A DNA stretch of 64,000 nt from Akkermansiaceae bacterium (GTDB lineage: Bacteria; Verrucomicrobiota; Verrucomicrobiia; Verrucomicrobiales; Akkermansiaceae). Under the pieces are notes generated by a model. It made no database searches. It saw only the letters and a list, made by a program, of their open reading frames with translations, and was not told the DNA's origin. Numbering within the stretch: position 1 is the stretch's first letter; every line of letters begins with the position of its first letter. The DNA lies in the NCBI GenBank assembly GCA_051251915.1, contig JBPOGF010000006.1:1-64000 (forward strand), in the 5' to 3' direction. Both the position numbers and the translations under genes were made by a program. Shown in pieces: positions 58,922-64,000 of this stretch.

Positions 58922-60514
58922 TTAAGAGTTTCTGCTGATTTCAAATGTTTTCATTGCTTGTTCGATGAGTGGGTCTTTTTGGAACTCGTCATCGGCTGAG
59001 GTGTCTGGGGTGGTGTCGGCCTCTTTGGGGGTTTCTGGTGGAGCTACGGGATTAGATGCTGTAGGTGCTGGTGCTAGTGTGGGCGCGATGGGTTCTGTGC
59101 TGCCTTCTTCTGCTTGCTCGATGAATTTATCTAGTCCGCCGGCAATCTCATCTGTTTTTTTTTCAGATTTTTTAGGTGCGGGTGTCGGTGTCGGTGTCGG
59201 TGCAGGTGTTGTGACTGGAGGGACTGGTGTTGGTTCTGGAGTAGGCGCGGGCTCTGGTGTGGGTGCGGGTTGTTCCACTGGGGCAGGAGTTTCTGCTACT
59301 GGCGTGGGTGCGGGTGCTACGGCTGGTGTAGGTGCAGTTGTTGGTGTTGGTTCGCTTGCTTGTGGTAGCGTTCCGCTGAGGTCGTGGACGCCGGCTAGGG
59401 CGGTGATGACGTCGCTGATGCGGGCATCGTTGAGTGACTGGATGGCTTTGATGACGCCTATTTCCATGTGGAGGCGTTTGTTGGTGGCCCATTTCATCTG
59501 GCCGTCTGTCTGGGCGAAGATTTCTACGAGGTTGAGGAGTCGGTCGGTCTGGATGGGGTCTACGGATTCTTTGAGTTTGAGCCAGAATTCTTGTGGGATG
59601 CCGTCGTTGTCTGCGGTGGGGTCTACTTTGGAGACGAGGAGTGCGCGGAGGCAACCGATGAGGTCTTCTAGGAGTTGGCCGAGTTCTTTGCCTGAGTCTG
59701 CTTGTTGGTGGAGGATTTCTAGGGCGGTGACGGTGTTCTTGGTGAGGATGCTGTCGGTGAGTTTGGCGACGGTTTCACGGGAGGTGAAGCCGAAGATTTC
59801 TAGGACGTTTTCTTCGGTGATGTGTTCGCCGCAGAATGCTACGAGTTGGTCTAGCATGGACTGTGCGTCACGCATGCCGCCGTTGGCGCCTTTGGCGATG
59901 GCCCAGGCTGCGGATTCGTCTAGTTTAACGCCTTCGTTGTTGGAGATGAATTGGAGCTGGTCGGCGATGGTTTGGGTCTCGATGGGTTTGAGGTCAAATC
60001 GCTGGCAGCGGGAGATGATGGTGGGGAGGATTTTGTGAGGTTCGGTGGTGGCGAAGATGAATTTGACGTGTTCTGGTGGTTCTTCTAGGGTTTTTAGAAG
60101 TGCGTTGAACGCGGCGTTGGAGAGCATGTGGACCTCATCGATGTAGATGATTTTGAATCTGCAGCGCGCGGGGGCGAAGCGGACGTTTTCGCGGAGTTCG
60201 CGGACTTGGTCTACGCCGTTGTTGGATGCACCATCGATTTCTAGGACGTCGAGTGATCTGCCTTCGGCGATTTCTACGCAGATGTCTTCATCTGGGTCGA
60301 AGTCGATGCTGGGGCCGTTGGAGCAGTTGAGTGCCTTTGCCATGATACGGGCGGTGGATGTCTTACCGGTTCCACGAGGGCCAACGAAGAGGTATGCGTG
60401 AGCGAGACGGTCTTGCTCGATGGCATTTCTAAGGGTCTTGATGACGTGGTCTTGCCCTAGGACGTCTTGGAATGTCTTGGGTCGATATTTTCTGGCGAAT
60501 ACTTGATAGCTCAC
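58922..60514 (-). CDS. dnaX: DNA polymerase III subunit gamma/tau
   Basis: YQVFARKYRP, GPRGTGKT, EIDGASN, DEVHML, SRC; Pro-rich linker. Confidence 0.97.
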   Translation of the reverse strand: MSYQVFARKYRPKTFQDVLGQDHVIKTLRNAIEQDRLAHAYLFVGPRGTGKTSTARIMAKALNCSNGPSIDFDPDEDICVEIAEGRSLDVLEIDGASNNGVDQVRELRENVRFAPARCRFKIIYIDEVHMLSNAAFNALLKTLEEPPEHVKFIFATTEPHKILPTIISRCQRFDLKPIETQTIADQLQFISNNEGVKLDESAAWAIAKGANGGMRDAQSMLDQLVAFCGEHITEENVLEIFGFTSRETVAKLTDSILTKNTVTALEILHQQADSGKELGQLLEDLIGCLRALLVSKVDPTADNDGIPQEFWLKLKESVDPIQTDRLLNLVEIFAQTDGQMKWATNKRLHMEIGVIKAIQSLNDARISDVITALAGVHDLSGTLPQASEPTPTTAPTPAVAPAPTPVAETPAPVEQPAPTPEPAPTPEPTPVPPVTTPAPTPTPTPAPKKSEKKTDEIAGGLDKFIEQAEEGSTEPIAPTLAPAPTASNPVAPPETPKEADTTPDTSADDEFQKDPLIEQAMKTFEISRNS

Positions 60515-60595
60515 GGTGGGAGGATGGAGTATGGTGTGGATTCTTCAACCATAAATTTTACTTCTTATTGTAGGGTTCTGTTGTTAAATAGGGGT

Positions 60596-61267
60596 ATGAT
60601 TTTAGCAATTGGAGATATTCATGGCTGCCGAGTGGCGCTGGAGACGATGATAGATTATGTGGGGCCTAAGCCTGAGGATACTGTGATTACTTTGGGGGAT
60701 TATGTGGATAGGGGGCCGGACTCTAAGGGGTGTGTGGATTTTTTATTGAATTTTAGGAAGACGCATACGTTGATTCATTTGAAGGGGAATCATGAGTTGC
60801 AGATGGAGGATTCTCTGACGGGGAAGCGTGGGTATGATTTTTGGTTGCAGGGGATAGTGGGTGGTAGGGAGACGTTGGATTCTTATGGTGGGGTGTTTGA
60901 GGATATTTCTGAGGAGCACTGGGATTTCTTGAAGAGTGCGGGTGGACTGCATGAGGAGGAGACGCATTTCTTTGTGCATGCGGGGTGTGATCCTAAGCTT
61001 CCGTTGAGCGAGCAGCCTGCGAGTGTGGTGCACTGGAAGCGGTTTCATTTAGCGCAGGCGCATCCATCTGGGAAGGTGATGGTGTGTGGGCATTCGATTC
61101 AGGGGGATTATCCGGTGAATCTGGGGCATAGTATTTGTTTGGATACTTGTGCTTATGGGGGGGGGTGGCTGACGGCTCTGGATGTGGAGACTGGGGTTTA
61201 TTATCAGACGAATGATAGGGGGGAGAGGCGTAAGGGGAATATTGATGATGCGGAGTGTATGGGGTAG
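60596..61267 (+). CDS. PPP-family Ser/Thr phosphatase-like metallophosphoesterase
   Basis: GDIHG, GDYVDRG, GNHE, VHAG, GHS, LDT; start placed at MILAIG. Confidence 0.9.
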   Translation: MILAIGDIHGCRVALETMIDYVGPKPEDTVITLGDYVDRGPDSKGCVDFLLNFRKTHTLIHLKGNHELQMEDSLTGKRGYDFWLQGIVGGRETLDSYGGVFEDISEEHWDFLKSAGGLHEEETHFFVHAGCDPKLPLSEQPASVVHWKRFHLAQAHPSGKVMVCGHSIQGDYPVNLGHSICLDTCAYGGGWLTALDVETGVYYQTNDRGERRKGNIDDAECMG

Positions 61268-61325
61268 GGATTTTTTGACGGCTGAGGTCGCTGAAGATGG
61301 CTGAACTTGGGTTGTGTGTTTGTTT

Positions 61326-62261
61326 TTAGTTGTAGGGGATGGGGTGGAATTGGGCTAGGTCACTGATGTGGGGGGTGGTTTTGTGGATTGGCTCGTTGTA
61401 TAGTGCTGAGTAGAATATTTCTGCGGTGTAGGTGACGCCGTGTTGGGCTGGGTGGCTGCCGTCTTTTTGGAATAACTTGTCGGCGGATTTAGGGTTGGTT
61501 TTGATGTTTTTTTGCCAGAGTTCGCCGACGGGGATGATGTGGATGTTTCCGCCGCAGGCTTTTGCTACATTGGTGTAGCCGGTGGTGAGTCTGGTTTGCA
61601 TTTTGGTGAAGGTGTCGTTTGGGTAGAGGGCTTTGTTGGCTTTGTCGCCATTTTTTCTGCCCCAGGTTTGGAAGAATACGGGGATGGCGCCGGATTCTTT
61701 GATTGCGGTGACTAGGATGTTTGCGGCTTTGTCCATTACTTTGCTGCGTTCTTGCTCAGGTATGGAGGGGGTTTGGCTTTGTTCTTGGAGGATGATGATG
61801 TCGTATTTGGTGTTTTTTATTTTGGTTAGTAGTTCCTTGGATTGGGAGTGTCTGAGGAGGGTGCAACCTCCGATGGTGACTTGTTCTACCGTGATTTTTT
61901 TGTGTTTAGATGTGGCTATTTTTTCGAAGGCTTTTGGGACATTGAAGCTGTAGCTGTTTCCTATGAAGAGTATTTTTAGGTGTTCTGTGGTTTCTACGCG
62001 ATTGACTAATTTGTGGTGAGGGTCTGTGATCATGGCGTCTCTCCAGGTGTTTAATTTGGCTTGATCCTTGAGGGCGAATTTATCGATTTCTAGAGTGAAG
62101 GTGGTGTTATTGGCACGTTTGAAGGTGATTGATTTTCCTTTGACTTCGATGGGGGTGGCGTGGATTTTTTTGTTTTCTGAGCGAGAGTGGAGTGTGGGGA
62201 GTGTTTCCTTTGCGGTTAGTGTGGATATGCAGAGGGTGAGGATGATGAGGAGACGGTTCAT
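61326..62261 (-). CDS. secreted SGNH/GDSL-type hydrolase (DUF4886-like) with SHD1-like N-terminal domain
   Basis: ILFIGNSYS, LQEQS, DGSHP. Confidence 0.75.
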   Translation of the reverse strand: MNRLLIILTLCISTLTAKETLPTLHSRSENKKIHATPIEVKGKSITFKRANNTTFTLEIDKFALKDQAKLNTWRDAMITDPHHKLVNRVETTEHLKILFIGNSYSFNVPKAFEKIATSKHKKITVEQVTIGGCTLLRHSQSKELLTKIKNTKYDIIILQEQSQTPSIPEQERSKVMDKAANILVTAIKESGAIPVFFQTWGRKNGDKANKALYPNDTFTKMQTRLTTGYTNVAKACGGNIHIIPVGELWQKNIKTNPKSADKLFQKDGSHPAQHGVTYTAEIFYSALYNEPIHKTTPHISDLAQFHPIPYN

Positions 62262-62362
62262 GATGGGGTAAGTATTCAGTGGGGCAGAGGGTGGTGTCAA
62301 ATGATATAGGGTGGGTGCTTTTATGGGGTTGATAGGCTGAGGGGGATGTTTATAGTGGGTGT

Positions 62363-62746
62363 ATGAAAATACAGGTCGATAGTGTGGCTTCTGCTCCTTT
62401 TCACACTCTTTCAGTGAAGAAGGTGAAGTTGGCTCTGAGGTTACTGCCGAGTGAGTGGACTGAGTCGGTTCGTGTTGTGCGATTGAGTAATCAGACGCCT
62501 GAGGTTTGTTCGTTTGATAGGCCTGTGATTTTGGCTCAGCGGTTGACGATTTGTGATAGAGGGGTTCCTGAGATGAAGATTGTGAGGGAGTTGTATATGG
62601 AGTTGGCGCAGAGGTTTTCGCCGCGAGATGGTAAGTTACGGGCGCATTATGGGAATAGGTTGGATCCTCAGCAGGTTAAGGTTTTGAATGAGGTGATTCA
62701 GCCGTATTTGGATGAGTATGAGGAGTTGAAATGGATGGGTGATTAG
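62363..62746 (+). CDS. hypothetical protein
   Basis: 127-aa ATG ORF; no recognised motif. Confidence 0.55.
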   Translation: MKIQVDSVASAPFHTLSVKKVKLALRLLPSEWTESVRVVRLSNQTPEVCSFDRPVILAQRLTICDRGVPEMKIVRELYMELAQRFSPRDGKLRAHYGNRLDPQQVKVLNEVIQPYLDEYEELKWMGD

Positions 62747-62994
62747 TGTGTATTAAATGAAGTTATAACCACTGGGATTGTTTTAAGGATTTGGATTTGC
62801 AGTGAAGCTGATTGAAGTAAGTGGGCCTTTTTTGTTGATTTCTGCGTTACTGATCAGTCACATGTGCTTATCTGCTTCTTCACGGTGTCTTGAACTAAAC
62901 AAAAAATCATCGGGCCAGTGACCAGTATTCCATCTGAAATGGACTGAGGTTAATAGCTGGTAATGGTTTCGGGTGGTGGTAGGATTTTATGTAG

Positions 62995-63798
62995 ATGATG
63001 AAGAATGTGAAGTGGAACGAGATGCTTAAGGGGCGCTTGGCAGTGTGGCTTGGGGTGATGGTTCTGTTTGTAGGGGTGTATCGTGTGGTTTTTGTGCCTG
63101 ATTTTAGTGGGGTGGGGTCGTTTGAGGCTGTGCGTGTGGGGCATCATCCTGATACTTATTATGCCGTTACGGTTGATCCTAGGGTTGATGATTTTAGGAT
63201 GGTGTGGGGTGATGGGGCTGGTGGGCAGTATGGGAGTATAGGTGGGTGGAAGAAGGCGGTGGAGCGGGAGGGGAAGGAGCTGGTGTTTGCGATGAATGGG
63301 GGGATGTATGAGGCTAGTGGGGCGCCGAAGGGGCTGTATGTTGAGAAGGGAGTTTTGCTGAGAGAGATTGATCTGTTAGAGGAGGGGAAGGGGAATTTTT
63401 ATATGCAGCCTAATGGGGTGTTATTTGTGACTGAGGGTGGTGAAACTGGTGAGGCTGGGATTTGTAGGTCTGGGGAATTTAGACATGTTGAGAATGTGCG
63501 ATACGCTACTCAGTCAGGGCCGATGTTGTTGGTTGATGGTGAGTTTAATGGTCATTTTAGGGAGGGGTCTGATAGCAGGTTTGTTAGGAATGGGGTGGGG
63601 TTGTTAGAGGATGGGAGGTTGGTTTTTGCGATGAGTAAGGTTAAGGTGAATTTTTATGATTTTGCGAGATTCTTTAAGGAGATGGGTTGTAGGGAGGCTT
63701 TGTATTTGGATGGGTATGTTTCTAAGATGTATGCACCTGGTGCTGGGGTTGAGGAGTTGGATGGGGATTTTGGGGTGATGCTGGGAGCGGTGAGGTGA
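62995..63798 (+). CDS. phosphodiester glycosidase (NAGPA/YigE-like) family protein
   Basis: FAMNGGMY, GNFYMQPNGV, ATQSGPML, RNGVG, ALYLDG. Confidence 0.85.
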   Translation: MMKNVKWNEMLKGRLAVWLGVMVLFVGVYRVVFVPDFSGVGSFEAVRVGHHPDTYYAVTVDPRVDDFRMVWGDGAGGQYGSIGGWKKAVEREGKELVFAMNGGMYEASGAPKGLYVEKGVLLREIDLLEEGKGNFYMQPNGVLFVTEGGETGEAGICRSGEFRHVENVRYATQSGPMLLVDGEFNGHFREGSDSRFVRNGVGLLEDGRLVFAMSKVKVNFYDFARFFKEMGCREALYLDGYVSKMYAPGAGVEELDGDFGVMLGAVR

Positions 63799-64000
63799 TT
63801 TTTCCTGAACTACTAGTCATCAAGCTAGGGATTTTTTACCACGAATCTGCACTAATTTTCACGAATGTTGGACGATGGAACCATTATGAACCGCTGAAGT
63901 CGCTGAAGGACGCTGAATTTGTTTGATGGAGCGAAGATTTTGGGTTGTTGGAGGTAAGTTTTTCTAGGGGTGGGAGAGGAGGAGGTTTTCTAGGAGGACG

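Noticed and set aside
59170..59345. Tandem GGTGTC/GGTGCG-type repeats
   Set aside because: They simply encode the Pro-Thr/Pro-Ala linker of DnaX
58965..60038. 357-aa + strand ORF
   Set aside because: Antisense shadow of dnaX, explained by its Pro/Thr-rich linker and codon bias

Overview
Bacterial chromosomal window, most likely from a marine Verrucomicrobiota member. This is inferred from four PEP-CTERM proteins, an ECF sigma/Ser-Thr kinase pair, a Minf_1886-like gene and a sulfatase-rich cluster lacking SusC/D. From left to right it holds: a complete assimilatory sulfate-reduction operon (cysC-D-N-cobA-J-I-H), rpe, an ECF/kinase module, a four-gene desaturase/HTTM-DCC/permuted-papain operon, a CbiX/SirB chelatase, a cysteine dioxygenase plus YeiH exporter, NfeD/SPFH, an AT-rich DnaA-box cluster, a glycosyltransferase-PlcP-like fusion, a SNF2 helicase and an S8 PEP-CTERM protease. 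The most unusual part is 28.4-31.6 kb: a promoter, a leader ORF and terminator, about 700 nt of densely base-paired non-coding sequence (a candidate large ornate ncRNA), eight atypical tRNA genes, an orphan ORF and an HNH endonuclease interrupted by an in-frame TAA. After that come a two-component system and a ~21 kb sulfated-fucan-type degradation cluster (5 sulfatases; GH141-, GH95-, GH168- and GH117-like enzymes; esterases). The right end carries yehS, ybaB, dnaX (with an A9 slippage-type run) and several hydrolases. All calls are made by eye from motifs and base pairing; no database searches were run.
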